Part shown: positions 9,752 through 20,896 of the stretch, piece after piece
Numbering within the stretch: the first letter of the stretch is position 1
Layout: every line of letters starts with the position of its first letter
Source of the DNA: an uncultured delta proteobacterium
GTDB taxonomy: Bacteria; Desulfobacterota; Syntrophobacteria; Syntrophobacterales; Syntrophobacteraceae
NCBI GenBank assembly: GCA_963808625.1
Contig: CAWEHK010000049.1
Span: 18,875-82,874, forward strand
Direction of reading: 5' to 3'
DNA length: 64,000 nucleotides
Program-made: the position numbers and the translations under genes
Notes under the pieces: generated by a model
What the model saw: the letters and a program-made list of their open reading frames with translations, nothing else
What the model was told of the DNA's origin: nothing
Database searches by the model: none

Positions 9752-12013
9752 ATGATTCGAGCTAAGGACGCGCTCCGATACCACGAAGGCGATCGCCCCG
9801 GAAAAATCGAACTGAGGGCCACCAAACCGTGCCTGACTCCACTGGAAATGCGCCTTGCCTACCTGCCGGGCGCGTTGTTCGCTTCGGCAGCGATCGTCGA
9901 GGACCCCTCCAAGATCTTCCGCTACACCTCCCGCGCAAACCTTGTGGGAGTCATCACCAACGGCACGGCGGTGCCCGATCTGGGCAATGTCGGCCCGGAG
10001 GCGGCAAAACCGATCCAGGAGGGCATGGTCGTCCTGTTCAAGCGGCTGGCGGATATCGATGTTTTTGACCTCGAGTTGAACACCACCGACCCCGAGCGCT
10101 TCATCGAGACGGTGCTCACCCTCGAGCCCACCTTCGGGGGCATCAACCTCAAGGACATTCACTTTCCCGAAGGTCTCTACATCTATGACCGGCTCAACGA
10201 GGCCATGAACATTCCCGTATTCCACCAGAACCTCTACAGCTCTGCCGTGGTCGCGGCGGCGGCCCTGATCAATGCCCTGGACCTGGTGGACAAGAACATC
10301 GAGGAAGCCCGCGTCGTCATCTGCGGCATCGGCAACATGGGGACCGGCTGCGCCCGGCTTCTTCTGCAGCTGGGGGTGCAGCCGGAAAATCTCCTCTGCT
10401 ACGATTTCAACGGCCTCGTGCATCCGGACCGCAAGGATTTGCTCGAGTACCAGCGGGTTTTTGCCCGGAATCATCCGGCGCGGACCCTGGCGGAAGGCAT
10501 GCGGGGCGCCGATATCTTCCTCGGAGCCTCGGCCGGTGGGGTGGTCACCCAGGAAATGGTGCGCGCCATGAACCCCTACCCGATTGTTTTTGCGCTCGCC
10601 ATTCCCGAACCCGAAATCAGCTATGAAGCCGCGCGCGCCAGTCGCCGCGACGTCATTGTGGCAACCGGCCTGGGCCAATATCCCAACGCGATCCTCGATA
10701 CATTGAGCTTCCCCTATATTTTCCGGGGCGCTCTGGACGTCCAGGCGACCCAGATCACGGAAGGGATGCTCATCGCGGCGGCGCGCGCCCTGGCGGAACT
10801 GGCGCGCGAAGAGATTGTCGAAGAGGTCGAGCGGGCCTACGGTTATGAGCACTTTACCTTCGGCCCCGAATACCTCCTGCCCAAGCCCATCGATCCGCGC
10901 ATCCTGCTGCGCGAGTCGGCCGCCGTGGCGCAGCAGGCCATCGACGAAGGGGTGGCGCGCATTTCCATGGAAACCGAGCCCTATCAGGAGAGCCTGATCG
11001 TGCGCCTGGGGACCGAACGGGAGACCCTGCGCGGACTGGTCATGAAGGCTCGCCAGAAGAACCTCAAGGTCGTTTTCTCCAGCGGGTCCAGCGAGCAGAT
11101 TGTGCGAGCCTGCTCCATTCTCATCAACGAGGGCATCGCCAGCCCGATCCTGCTTGGGGGTGAAGAAGAAATCAGGGAGCTCATCGACCGGCTTGATCTC
11201 GATCTTGGTGGGGTGCAGATCATCGACCCGGTCCGCAGTCCGCTCTTTGAGACGTATGTCGAGGAATACTACCGGATGCGCCGCCGCCGGGGGGTGATCC
11301 TGGATGAGGCCAGAGAGCGCATGCGGCAGCGGGACTACTTTGCCTCCCTCATGCTCCACATGGGGGCGGCGGACATGATGATCGGCGGGGTTTCCATCCA
11401 CTATGCGGATTCCCTCCGGACGATCATGGAAGTCATCGGGCCGGCCCCGGGAGTGCGCAAAGTTTCGAGCCATCACATGGTGCTGCTGCACAAGAACGTC
11501 TATTTTCTGGCTGATTGCGGCGTGAATATCGATCCGGATGCCGAAGACTTGGCGGAAACCGCGCTGCTTGCCGCCAATCGGGCGCGTTCTCTGGGCATTG
11601 AACCGCGCGTGGCGATGCTCTCCTTTTCAAGCTTCGGCAGCGTCGATCATCCCTTTACGAGAAAGGTGCGCCGCGCCACCGAAATTGCCAAGGAACTGGC
11701 GCCCGACCTGGCCATCGACGGTGAAATCCAATTGAACACGGCCTTGAATGGAATTCGCCGGCAACGGTATTTTCCCTTTTCAGAACTGAAAAATGATGCC
11801 AACGTCCTCATTTTTCCGGACCTTCAGTCGGGCAACATCGCCCTCGATCTCCTGCAATGCATGGTGGAAGAAGCGGTTTTGATCGGCCCTCTGCTGACGG
11901 GCACACGCTTACCCGTCCATCCTCGCCCATACGGCTTTTCCGTGGAAGAGGTGGTGAACCTGACCACCCTCGGCGTCGTTGAGGCCTCCACCGCAACCAG
12001 CCGCATTTATTGA
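9752..12013 (+). CDS. maeB: MaeB-like malic enzyme/phosphotransacetylase-domain fusion with degenerate malic-enzyme active site
   Basis: Intact 753 aa with colinear MaeB motifs ([59 protein letters not shown]), but EGK->EGM, NLED->NLKD, HDDQHG->HQNLYS. Confidence 0.9.
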   Translation: MIRAKDALRYHEGDRPGKIELRATKPCLTPLEMRLAYLPGALFASAAIVEDPSKIFRYTSRANLVGVITNGTAVPDLGNVGPEAAKPIQEGMVVLFKRLADIDVFDLELNTTDPERFIETVLTLEPTFGGINLKDIHFPEGLYIYDRLNEAMNIPVFHQNLYSSAVVAAAALINALDLVDKNIEEARVVICGIGNMGTGCARLLLQLGVQPENLLCYDFNGLVHPDRKDLLEYQRVFARNHPARTLAEGMRGADIFLGASAGGVVTQEMVRAMNPYPIVFALAIPEPEISYEAARASRRDVIVATGLGQYPNAILDTLSFPYIFRGALDVQATQITEGMLIAAARALAELAREEIVEEVERAYGYEHFTFGPEYLLPKPIDPRILLRESAAVAQQAIDEGVARISMETEPYQESLIVRLGTERETLRGLVMKARQKNLKVVFSSGSSEQIVRACSILINEGIASPILLGGEEEIRELIDRLDLDLGGVQIIDPVRSPLFETYVEEYYRMRRRRGVILDEARERMRQRDYFASLMLHMGAADMMIGGVSIHYADSLRTIMEVIGPAPGVRKVSSHHMVLLHKNVYFLADCGVNIDPDAEDLAETALLAANRARSLGIEPRVAMLSFSSFGSVDHPFTRKVRRATEIAKELAPDLAIDGEIQLNTALNGIRRQRYFPFSELKNDANVLIFPDLQSGNIALDLLQCMVEEAVLIGPLLTGTRLPVHPRPYGFSVEEVVNLTTLGVVEASTATSRIY

Positions 12014-12080
12014 TCTGGGATGAGGATTTTGGGTTTGAGCTGGGAAATAGTGGCCAGCTCACTGGCGGAAATCATCCGTT

Positions 12081-12186
12081 GGTGGGCACGGAAAGGCTGT
12101 GCCCACCCTACAGTGTTCCCGGGTTCCGTAGGGTGGGCAGGTTTTTTTGCCCACCGGAAACATGCACGAACTTATGCCCGTGCGTA
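12081..12186. repeat. REP-like palindromic repeat (GGTGGGCAC..GTGCCCACCCTAC); second copy at 23992..24096
   Basis: Near-identical ~105-bp sequence at two sites. Confidence 0.85.
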
Positions 12187-12312
12187 ACAGTGGTCAGGGG
12201 TCATAGATGAGCTCACTGAGAGGGAAAGCCGGCGCGGCTTTCCCTCTCACCCTCCGAAAGGTCCGTTTCAAGCCGCCTCAGAGACAGACAATCGGTTCTG
12301 CAGCGCTAATGC

Positions 12313-12600
12313 TCACGCCACCATTTCCCAGTTGCTTTCGAACGTGTTGTCATGCAGCGTGTAGGCATATCCAAACATTTTGCCGATTCCCGGCAGTACC
12401 CCCTCGTTGACCTGCCAGTAAAGGAGATAGACCGCAGGGAGCAAACGAGGTTCACCGGTCTCGGGGTCCTCGGGATAATTTTGCCAGACCTCCCGCTTTT
12501 CCATAACTCGCCAGAGCGTGCCATGCTTCTTGCTCCGAACGATTTGTCCCACCCTGGGAAGATTCTTTTCTTTCAGGATTTGGTCGTGTGTTTCAATCAT
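12313..12600 (-). CDS. Small hypothetical protein (95 aa)
   Basis: ATG after AGGAGG RBS; MIETHDQILKEKNLPRVGQIVRS...FESNWEMVA. Confidence 0.6.
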   Translation of the reverse strand: MIETHDQILKEKNLPRVGQIVRSKKHGTLWRVMEKREVWQNYPEDPETGEPRLLPAVYLLYWQVNEGVLPGIGKMFGYAYTLHDNTFESNWEMVA

Positions 12601-13146
12601 CGCCCATTCCTCCTTTCGAAGTAGACCCGAAGCTATCGGGTAACCTATCCAGTTTGGTTGCCTGCCGACAGCCCAATCTGCCACCCACACTTCTATTCGC
12701 CAGGACAGAGGAAGGATTGCGGATGCCTTCGCGACTTTCCCTGCCTGTCACTGGATGCAGGGTCCACTGCTCTGAGCCGGCATCTCACAGGAGAAATGAG
12801 CATGATCTTGTCGATTTCGGAAGGGACTATGTCGCATGCACCTTGATGGGTAATTCTGCTTGACTGGTATAATTCCACGAGCGCCATCGGTTGAAGTTAT
12901 CAGCACCGTCTCGGCATCTCGAATCAAGTGATCATGGACATGCATGATGTTTGGCCCCGCTGGAATTTGATCGTTTCCACTATTTATTATAATCATCAGG
13001 CTAGCATTTCTCATCAAGAAAATGCTGACCTGACCACGTTAACCAAGATATTGTTCAAAGCCTTTTCATTGTTGATAAAAAGGTCCCTGTCGGCTATGCT
13101 GCAATAGGATTGCATTATGGTCGAGACAGATCTGTGAGGCGGCTTT

Positions 13147-13539
13147 ATGTATGTCTCGCGAACCCTTGAAACCTTCCTTGGCACCGCCACGAACCAATTT
13201 CCCGTGCTCCTGGTCACGGGAGCACGGCAGGTGGGAAAAACAACGCTCCTGTTGTATCTCAGTCGAGATAAAAGAGCCTATGTCAGCCTCGATGATCCAC
13301 TGGTCCTGAGTCTTGCCAGGGAAGATCCGCCGCTTTTCCTCCAAAGATTTCCACCGCCCGTGCTCATCGATGAAATCCAGTACGCTCCGCAGCTTTTGCC
13401 CTAAATCAAAATGGCAGAGGACAGAAACCGGGCGCCGGGTCTTTACTGGCTCACCGGCCCGGGCGGAGTGATCTGCCTGGCCGAGCAGTCTCTGTCCCTC
13501 ACACCGTCGGCCCGGTCCATACCAGTGGCCGCACTTTAA
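13147..13539 (+). pseudogene. AAA+ ATPase (AAA_14/DUF4143 type) remnant with nonsense codon and large internal deletion
   Basis: Walker A GARQVGKTT, Walker B LIDEIQYAP, TAA at 13402, then IKMA..YWLTG joined directly to C-terminal-type PGGVICLAEQ..VAAL*. Confidence 0.75.
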
Positions 13540-15015
13540 GGAAGCCTTTTCCTGCCAATCCCACATCTCGAAACACGGTCAGCTTCGATTCTCGTTAATC
13601 CTGCAGGCCAGGACCCCTTTGTTGAAATGCTTAAGTCCCATAGGTTGGCATAGGATTCGTTGAGGATTTCGATCGGGTGAAACACCTTGTAAGGGAGCAG
13701 CTGGTGGAACTGGAGCCGGCAGCTCAGGCAGTCGCTGAGAAGCCGCTCCGGGATCAATCGCCCGGATCTTCTCCATCAGGCGGCTTCCCATCTCGACGGA
13801 AACCTCGTGAAAATCACGCTTGAAACCCATGATTCCGGAAATGCCGCAGCAGTAGAAAGCGCCTTCGATTCTTTCCATGGAGATTCCCGGCACCAGGCTG
13901 AGCAGATCTGCGTAAGGCTCGCCGATCATTTGCTCCCTCAGGTGACAGGGGGGATAGTAGGCCATGCGCGCCGGTACCGGTCCAAAGCTGGTGTCGAGGT
14001 TGCCGGCGCGATGGAGGTCGCGCAAATACTCGCCCAGGTCATACGTGCGGCTCGAGATTTTGATCCTTTTCAAGGCGCTCATGGGCGAAAAATAGCCTTC
14101 ATCTTTGTAGAGCGCTTCCAAGATGGGATTGCCGGGGGGACGTGCCCCAAGGCGCCGGTCAGCTAAGGCTCTCTCCTTGCCCGCCGCACCTTCTCCGGAC
14201 TCCTGCGGCTTCCCGGTGTTCCGCCGCATAACGGGCGCCTTCGCTCAGCACGTTTTTCAGCATATACCCGCAGGTGGGGCAGGAGCACACAATGTCGTAG
14301 CCTGCCTCGACAGCTTCGCCGAGCCGTTCCAGATTGAACGCGGCAAACTCGAAAGTGAGCGGTAGATCTCCCTCCAGCAGACTCGGCATGCCACAGCATT
14401 GCTGTTCCGGGAAGTAGACCTCGATCCCGTTGCGCTGAAGAACCTCGACCGCGGCCTTGGGCACCTCGGGAAAGAGGAACTGTCCCGTGCAGCCGGCAAA
14501 GAAGGCAACCTTTCTTCCTTTGCGTTTCCCGCGGGATATGGAGCCCTCGCCGTTTCGCCCAGGTGGGGAAGTTTTCTTTCGGAAAGACCGGGACTTTTCT
14601 TTCTTCATGAATCCCCGCCAGCTTTTTCAGGAGAGCCGCCGGTGCGTCCGCTTTGAAAAAGCGTGTTGGTCAGTCGGGGATAAGCGCCACACAGCCTCGC
14701 TACGCGCTCGACATCTTCCAGGAGCCGGATGGTTGGTTTCAGCCCGTCCCTGCCGACAAAGGCATGTTTCGCCCGCATGATATCCGAGCGAATGTTGTGA
14801 CACGGACATAAGGCGCAGTAATTGCACAAGTCCACCAGGTTTCTCAGGTCCTCGGGAGTGATCGGCTCGTTCTTTTCTTTTTCCTTATCGTAGAGGCGGT
14901 AGAGCTCAGGGAATACCAGGCAGGGTGTGTCCTCCATGAGGAATCTGCAGATGTCACAATCCGCACAGGCTTCGATGACGGCCCGCGCCATTTTTTCAGG
15001 GTTATTCTCTAGCAT
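13536..15015 (-). CDS. Fe-S oxidoreductase with CCG domains (GlpC/HdrD-like), frameshifted
   Basis: CADCDICRFL, CNYCALCPC, AFFAGC, QQCCGMP, CSCPTC, YYPPCH, YCCGISG, SDCLSCRLQ across four ORFs; end approximate. Confidence 0.85.
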
Positions 15016-15082
15016 GTCAGGTCTCCAACTCGAGAGAAGCGCTTTCCGGTGAGGTTTGCTGCCGAACTGTGCTCCTCAATAA

Positions 15083-15162
15083 GAGACTGTCCAAAAACAG
15101 CTTGCACTCATTTCAGCCCTTCTTCGTGGTAAAAGAAGGCCTTTCATTTTTTGGCCACCCCC
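15083..15162. mobile_element. MITE-like family M2, internally deleted copy
   Basis: Same ends as 20580..20717 (GAGACTGTCCAAAAAC / TTTTTGGCCACCCCC) but lacks the central CACGAAG palindrome. Confidence 0.7.
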
Positions 15163-15490
15163 TGAGCCGCCGCGATGCTCATATCTACAGTTTCGGCCAG
15201 AAGCCCACCACTACTTAATCCAGATGCGACTTCAACCCGAGATTCTTCTGTTGTTCCAGGCGCTCGAGGAATTCTTTGAGCAGACGAAATGCTGCCCTTT
15301 CATTGCCGTCCATAACACTCATTTCTATCTGCACAAGCTCTTCCTCACCTTGTGAGTAACGCAACGGCAGTTTGATCAAGGTCCATGCTGTCGGGCAGGT
15401 TTTCCAGCCTGCGATGCCGAACCCGCCAAAAGGCAGGCTGCAAAGCCTGCCCCACAACTTAAGGCGCTCCGCAGAAACCTCGTTGTAGTA

Positions 15491-16201
15491 TTAAAACGCC
15501 TCGATGAACGGACGCAGGATGAAGTAGATGCCGAGGAGCGCAATGCCCACGCCGGCGCATCGTCGAAACCAAAGCCCTCCTTCATGGAAAGAGCTGCTCT
15601 CCAGCAACCGTCTTACCGTTGCGGTCGAACTTCCCGCCACGGCAATGGGGACACAGTGTCCGATGCCAAAAAGGGTGATGAAGAGCAGGCCGGTTGCGAT
15701 CTTCTGCTGAATGGTGATGATCGCGAGAATGGGCGCAATAAAGCCGAAGGTGCAGGAACCGGAAAGAACGCCGTAGGCCAAACCCAGAAAGAAGGCACCC
15801 GACAGCCCCTTGAGCTTGATGCGGCCGAGCATGCTGCCGGACATCGAACAGTTCGACACGCCGAGCATGTCGAGGGCCACCCAGATCAGGATAGCGCCGA
15901 CCAGGATGGTCCAATAGGGTCCCACCTCGCCGAGCATGCGGCCGAGCAGCGAGCAGATGATCCCGACCAGGGCGATGGTGATGAAGAGGCCCACCGTGAA
16001 GGCAAAGGCATAGTGTACGGCATGGTTCGCTTTGAGGGCTTTTTCCTGCCCCGCCACGTAGCTCACGATCAGGGGAATGGAGGCCAGATGGCAGGGGCTG
16101 AACACGACACTGATCATCCCCCAGAGAAAGCAGCCCAGCGCGGCAAGGGCTGTCCCCGCCAACATCCACGAGTTGACCGTCAAGAACAGCTGATCAAACA
16201 T
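15491..16201 (-). CDS. ccdA: CcdA/DsbD-type transmembrane thiol-disulfide transporter
   Basis: FSPCHLASIPL and GSCTFGFIAP Cys motifs, about 6 TM. Confidence 0.88.
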   Translation of the reverse strand: MFDQLFLTVNSWMLAGTALAALGCFLWGMISVVFSPCHLASIPLIVSYVAGQEKALKANHAVHYAFAFTVGLFITIALVGIICSLLGRMLGEVGPYWTILVGAILIWVALDMLGVSNCSMSGSMLGRIKLKGLSGAFFLGLAYGVLSGSCTFGFIAPILAIITIQQKIATGLLFITLFGIGHCVPIAVAGSSTATVRRLLESSSFHEGGLWFRRCAGVGIALLGIYFILRPFIEAF

Positions 16202-16216
16202 TCTTCCGGCCCCCGA

Positions 16217-16613
16217 TCACTGCTTTTCCACACCCAGTTGCTCCAGCTTGGCCACGATACTGCCTTTGTCGAAGAAGCCCTCATGCCGGTAAACTTCCTT
16301 CCCTTCCCGGTCGTAGAAAATCTGCGTCGGGATCGAGCGAATGCGGTATTTTTTCCCTTCCTCCGGATTCTGCCAGACATCGATGAACACAATAGCAGCT
16401 TTGCCGTTGTACTCTTTTTCAAGCTCCTCCATGATTGGAGCCATCAGCTTGCAGGGGATGCACTTGCGAGCCCCGATGTCGATCATGGTCACCATGCCTT
16501 TCACCGGCAATTCTGAAGGGACAGCAGCCGTTTCTCCCGCGAAGGACAGGGGCAATTCCAAGAAATCCAAACGACAATCCAAGTACAACCGCCAAAACCA
16601 CGAATCGCTTCAC
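16217..16613 (-). CDS. Exported thioredoxin-family protein, frameshift in signal region
   Basis: CIPC active site, SIPTQIFYD..G.EVYRHEG; hydrophobic N-terminus in ORF 16419..16613. Confidence 0.85.
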
Positions 16614-16810
16614 TTAACAAACCTCCTTAAAGTTTCAAGATTGCCCGAGCACCACAAGCATCACCACAAACCACGCCAACGGAAAATTCCAAAGTGCCTT
16701 CTTCAAACATTTTCTCCGCTTGAGGAGCCATCCCCTGGTTATGCCCATTCGTTCAGACTCCGTTCTCTGCTTCGGACTGCGTTCACCGCTGTTCGATCTC
16801 TCGTTACACA

Positions 16811-17919
16811 TCAGCCAACGGATGAACTTCGGCTAAGGCTCCAAGAACGTGACAGATGCCTGTCGGGGTTTCGACGGAAGGGGAAATACTTGCTCTTGAA
16901 CCAGAGCGCCACGTTGACCAGACTGATCAATACCGGAACTTCCACCAGGGGGCCGATGACGGCGGCAAAGGCCTCCCCCGAGTTGATGCCGAAGACGGCC
17001 ACCGCGACTGCGATAGCCAGTTCGAAATTATTGGACGCGGCCGTGAAGCTCAGAGTGGTTGATTGCTCGTAGGTTGCTCCTACTTTCATGGAGAGACGAA
17101 AGAAACGAAAAACATGATCACGAAATAGATGCACAGCGGTATGGCCACTCGCAGAACATCCCCTGGCAGTTGCACGATGTATTCACCTTTGAGTGAGAAC
17201 ATCACCAGAATGGTAAAGAGCAAGGCAATCAGGGTGATGGGGCTAATTTTGGGAATGAATTTTTGTTCGTACCATTGCTTGCCTTTGGTCTTGAGGCCGA
17301 TGAATCGGGAGAGCATGCCTGCAATAAAGGGAATACCGAGATAGATGAACACGCTCTCGGCAATCTGGCGCATGGAAATGTCGACCAGAACCCCGGTCAT
17401 GCCGAACCAGCGCGGGAGCATGGTGATGAAAATGTAGGCATAGAGGGAGAAGAAAAGTACCTGGAAGATCGAGTTGAAAGCCACCAGGCCGGCGCAGTAT
17501 TCCGTATCGCCGTCCGCCAGATCATTCCAGACGATGACCATGGCGATGCATCGGGCGAGTCCGATCAGGATCAGCCCTACCATGTATTCATGGTAGCCGG
17601 AGAGGAAAGTGATGGCCAAGACGAACATAAGGATCGGGCCGATCACCCAGTTTTGGATAAGGGAGAGAGCCAGGACCTTGACATTTCGAAACACCTCTCC
17701 CAGTTGCTCGTACTTTACCTTGGCGAGGGGCGGGTACATCATGAGGATGAGGCCGATGGCGATAGGGATATTGGTGGTGTCTACCTGAAAGGTGTTGATC
17801 AGGTCGCGGATGCCGGGATACAGGTATCCTCCCCCTACACCAACAGCCATGGCCAGGAAAATCCACAGGGTCAAAAAGCGGTCAAGAAAAGAGAGTTTCT
17901 TGGTAACTGAAGCTTCCAT
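16811..17919 (-). CDS. acr3: Acr3 arsenite efflux transporter, frameshifted
   Basis: [61 protein letters not shown]. Confidence 0.93.
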
Positions 17920-17946
17920 GAGCCTTCTCCTCATCTCTATTCAGTT

Positions 17947-18391
17947 TTATTCATCCAGAATTTCCGGAAGTTTTTCCACGAACTCCTTGATTTCATCGCG
18001 AACACGCCGGTAGTGAACCATCGCTTCCTCTTCCGTCTGCGCACCGGCAGCGAGACGGGGAGGATCATCAAAGCCCACATGCAGCACCCTGGTTTTGGCG
18101 GGAAAGAAAGGACATCCCTGATGGGCCTGATCGCAGAGCGTGATTACATACTCGAATTCTATGTGTTCGAGAGTATCAACATCCTTCGAGGCTTGACCTG
18201 AAATATCGATGCCGACCTCAGCCATGGCTTGCACCGCCTTGGGGTCAACACCATGGGGAGCGACGCCGGCAGAATAGGCCTCAATCTCGGTCGCCCTTTA
18301 AGACGCGAGTCCAGGCTTCGGCCATCTGGCTCCGGCAGGAATTGCCCGTGCATAAAAAAAGGACCTTCAATTTCTCTGCTTTTGCAGCCAT
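17947..18391 (-). CDS. arsC: Thioredoxin-coupled arsenate reductase (LMWP fold), frameshifted
   Basis: [35 protein letters not shown]. Confidence 0.9.
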
Positions 18392-18425
18392 CGTCTCCTG
18401 CCTCCTCGCATCATAAGAGTTAAAG

Positions 18426-18950
18426 TTACCAGTCGAGTTGAAACTGCCCGAGATAGCTTGCAAGCTTCCGTTTGTTGTCTTCACTCAGAGGGGGACAATC
18501 GTCCGGTCCTTTGCCTCCCTCTGCCACTTGGGCGGCAAAAACCATACAGGTTGGTTGACCACATTCGCGGCAGTTTGTTTTCGGCAAAAGCCTGAGGATC
18601 TCAATCACCCGGGGTTTGGGAGCGCCTTCAAAACGCGGTTCGATTTCTTCTCGCTTTTCCCAGGTTTCGTTGATCTCCCCCTTGAGCCATTCCAGGATCT
18701 TGTCCACTTCGGTTTCATCCTTCAGAGCATTGACGGCAATAAGACGAGGATGCACCGTGATGAGCTTGCCGTGGGTCTTGAAAGTGACCGAAGGCGGCTC
18801 CCTGGTATACTGGTATCCTCCCAGCACCGCATTGAGATAGGGCAGGACTTCGGTGATGTCCTCATCCAGATGGGCAATGCAGTGCAAGGACTGAAAGCTC
18901 GGGTTGCACTCCGGCCGAAAGATTTCTTTCCGATAACTTTTCAGTAACAT
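18426..18950 (-). CDS. Fe-S cluster protein (C-terminal [15 protein letters not shown] motif)
   Basis: 4Fe-4S motif of the CFeSP/RnfB FeS type in an intact ORF. Confidence 0.8.
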   Translation of the reverse strand: MLLKSYRKEIFRPECNPSFQSLHCIAHLDEDITEVLPYLNAVLGGYQYTREPPSVTFKTHGKLITVHPRLIAVNALKDETEVDKILEWLKGEINETWEKREEIEPRFEGAPKPRVIEILRLLPKTNCRECGQPTCMVFAAQVAEGGKGPDDCPPLSEDNKRKLASYLGQFQLDW

Positions 18951-18979
18951 GTGACACCTCCCCCCTGGCAACAAGCAGG

Positions 18980-19210
18980 CTATTTGAGCCAGCGCAGGAC
19001 TTCTCCCTTCGAGGGGACCTTCCCAGTAGTCTTAACAGTGCCATCAATCACCACTGCCGGTGTGGAGAAAATGCCGTGCCTGGCAATCTCCGCCAGATCA
19101 CTGACGTACTCAACCTCGGCGGCTATTCCAGCTTCAGCAACTGCCTCTTTCACCACCTTCTCCGTTTCGTGACACTTCCTGCAACCTGGTCCCAAGACTT
19201 TGATTTTCAT
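18980..19210 (-). CDS. Small thioredoxin-like redox-active disulfide protein (MTH895 type)
   Basis: MKIKVLGPGCRKC...STPAVVIDG..KTTGKVP. Confidence 0.88.
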   Translation of the reverse strand: MKIKVLGPGCRKCHETEKVVKEAVAEAGIAAEVEYVSDLAEIARHGIFSTPAVVIDGTVKTTGKVPSKGEVLRWLK

Positions 19211-19269
19211 TTGTTTCTCCTTGTGTAACCATATGCTGGTAATCGATCCAAACACTTGATTCCTGGATC

Positions 19270-19399
19270 GTTTCCATCCGGAAACACGTTTGACTGTAGG
19301 GGAGGGGTTTATCCCCTCCCGAAAATCCACAGCTTTTCGCCAACTTGCGGGCGGGAATAAATCCCGCCCCTACGAATTATGGGGTTCCCGGATAGACAG
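19270..19399. mobile_element. MITE-like element family M1 copy, inverted
   Basis: GTTTCCATCCGGAAAC ... TTCCCGGATAGAC; internal GTAGGGGAGGGGTTTATCCCCTCCC. Confidence 0.75.
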
Positions 19400-20532
19400 C
19401 TAGATCAGCATGTTGAACAAATAGCCGACAATGATGATGCCCACCGCGACGACAGCCGTGAAAACCATGATCAGTCTCGGCTTGAGGACCTTGCGCAAAA
19501 TCACCGTCTCCGGAAACGAGATGGCGACCACGGACATCATGAAGGCGAGCACGGTTCCCATTGCCGCGCCTTTCTCGATGAGGGCCGATACCACGGGGAT
19601 GATCCCGGCCGCATTGGAGTATATGGGGATGCCGATGAGCACCGCGGCCGGAACCGACCACCAGGCCCCCTTGCCCATGATCGAGGCGAGGTAACCCTCC
19701 GGCACGTAACCATGAATGCCCGCTCCAACGGCAATGCCCACGATGACGTAGATCCACACCTTGCCGACAATATCGCGCACGGCTTCAAGGCCAAAATTGA
19801 TGCGATCGGCGAGGCTTTTTCGCTCCTCGTCGTAGACGCCGCTCTCCCCACCTGGATTTGATAAACCCAATCCTCGAGGTGATGTTCCATCTTCAAACGG
19901 CCAATCGTCCAGCCGGCAAGCATGGCAATGATCAAGCCCGTGCTCATATAAATCGCGGCGATTTCCCAGCCGAAAAGTCCGTAGAGCAGCACCAGTGCGA
20001 TCTCGTTGACCATCGGCGCGGAAATGAGAAAGGAAAAGGTCACCCCGAGCGGTACGGAAGCGCTGAGAAAACCGATAAAAAGGGGCACCGCCGAGCAGGA
20101 GCAAAAGGGGGTCACAATGCCGAGCAGCGCGGCCAGTACATTGCCAACCGATTCACGCTTGCCGGCAAGGATCCTGCGGGTGCGCTCCGGGGTAAAGTAG
20201 GAGCGGATGAGGCCCACGCCAAAGACCACCAGGACCAGGAGCATGAGGACTTTCGGGGTGTCGTAGAGGAAGAATTCCACCGCGCTGGTAAGATGCTGTG
20301 TATTTCCCAGCCACGCAATGTGAGTGGCCAGCAGTTCCACCAAATGGCGAGCCAACCAGCCGGCAACCGGCGCCAGACTCTTGTAGACAACCCACCAGGC
20401 CACCAGCAAGGGGACCCCGATCAAGAGATAAATGAGCGTCGATTTTTGGGTGTCTCCCGAGGAGGAGTCAGCGCTGGCATTCAATTCCTCACCGGGCAGA
20501 CAAATGCAGCTTTCAGCCTTGTCCGTTCTCAT
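19400..20532 (-). CDS. ArsP/DUF318-family permease, frameshifted
   Basis: EFFLYDTPK, TPFCSCSAVPLF, FLISAPMVNE, GIPIYSNAAG, AISFPE. Confidence 0.88.
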
Positions 20533-20579
20533 TCCTTGTCTCCATTTCTGAAAAACCTATCGCACCGTTTGGCGCTTAA

Positions 20580-20717
20580 GAGACTGTCCAAAAACAACTT
20601 GCACTCATTTCAGCCCTTTTTCGAACCACGAAGAACACGAAGAGCACGAAGAAATCACTTCGTGTCCTTTTCGTGTTTTTCGTGGTAAGAGAAGGCCTCT
20701 TATTTTTGGACGCCCCC
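20580..20717. mobile_element. MITE-like family M2 (TIR GAGACTGTCCAAAAA / TTTTTGGACGCCCCC, flanked by TAA)
   Basis: Imperfect TIRs, TAA on both sides, central CCACGAAGAACACGAAG palindrome; copies at 15083, 23859, 30285. Confidence 0.75.
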
Positions 20718-20720
20718 TAA

Positions 20721-20865
20721 GTACAGCACCACACAAATGAGTGTCCAGTTTCCACACGTCATGCCCGCGAAGGCGGGCATCCAAGCTTTGTCTCTGGATT
20801 CCCGCCAGAAGCATGCGGGAATTGACGCCCGGTGATAATGGTCACTTAATTCTGTGGAGCTGTAC
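20721..20865. mobile_element. MITE-like family M3 (TIR GTACAGCwCCACA..AGTG.CCA) enclosing GTCATGCCCGCGAAGGCGGGCATCCA hairpin
   Basis: ~27-bp imperfect TIRs; related element at 25698..25837. Confidence 0.65.
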
Positions 20866-20896
20866 CAAGATCTTGGAAGCTCGTAAAAGTTCAAGC

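Noticed and set aside
9737..11491. Long antisense ORFs (e.g. 584 aa opposite maeB, and others opposite trxB, ABC and GEGP genes)
   Set aside because: Shadow frames expected from high-GC codon bias; no motifs.
12700..13100. AT-richer stretch with short ORFs
   Set aside because: No recognisable motif or RBS-supported gene.
15215..15457. 80-aa ORF downstream of ccdA
   Set aside because: Its N-terminal half is a translated REP-like palindrome; the rest is an unidentifiable fragment.
20625..20690. CACGAAG repeats as a CRISPR array
   Set aside because: No constant repeat with unique spacers; it is a palindrome inside a MITE-like element.
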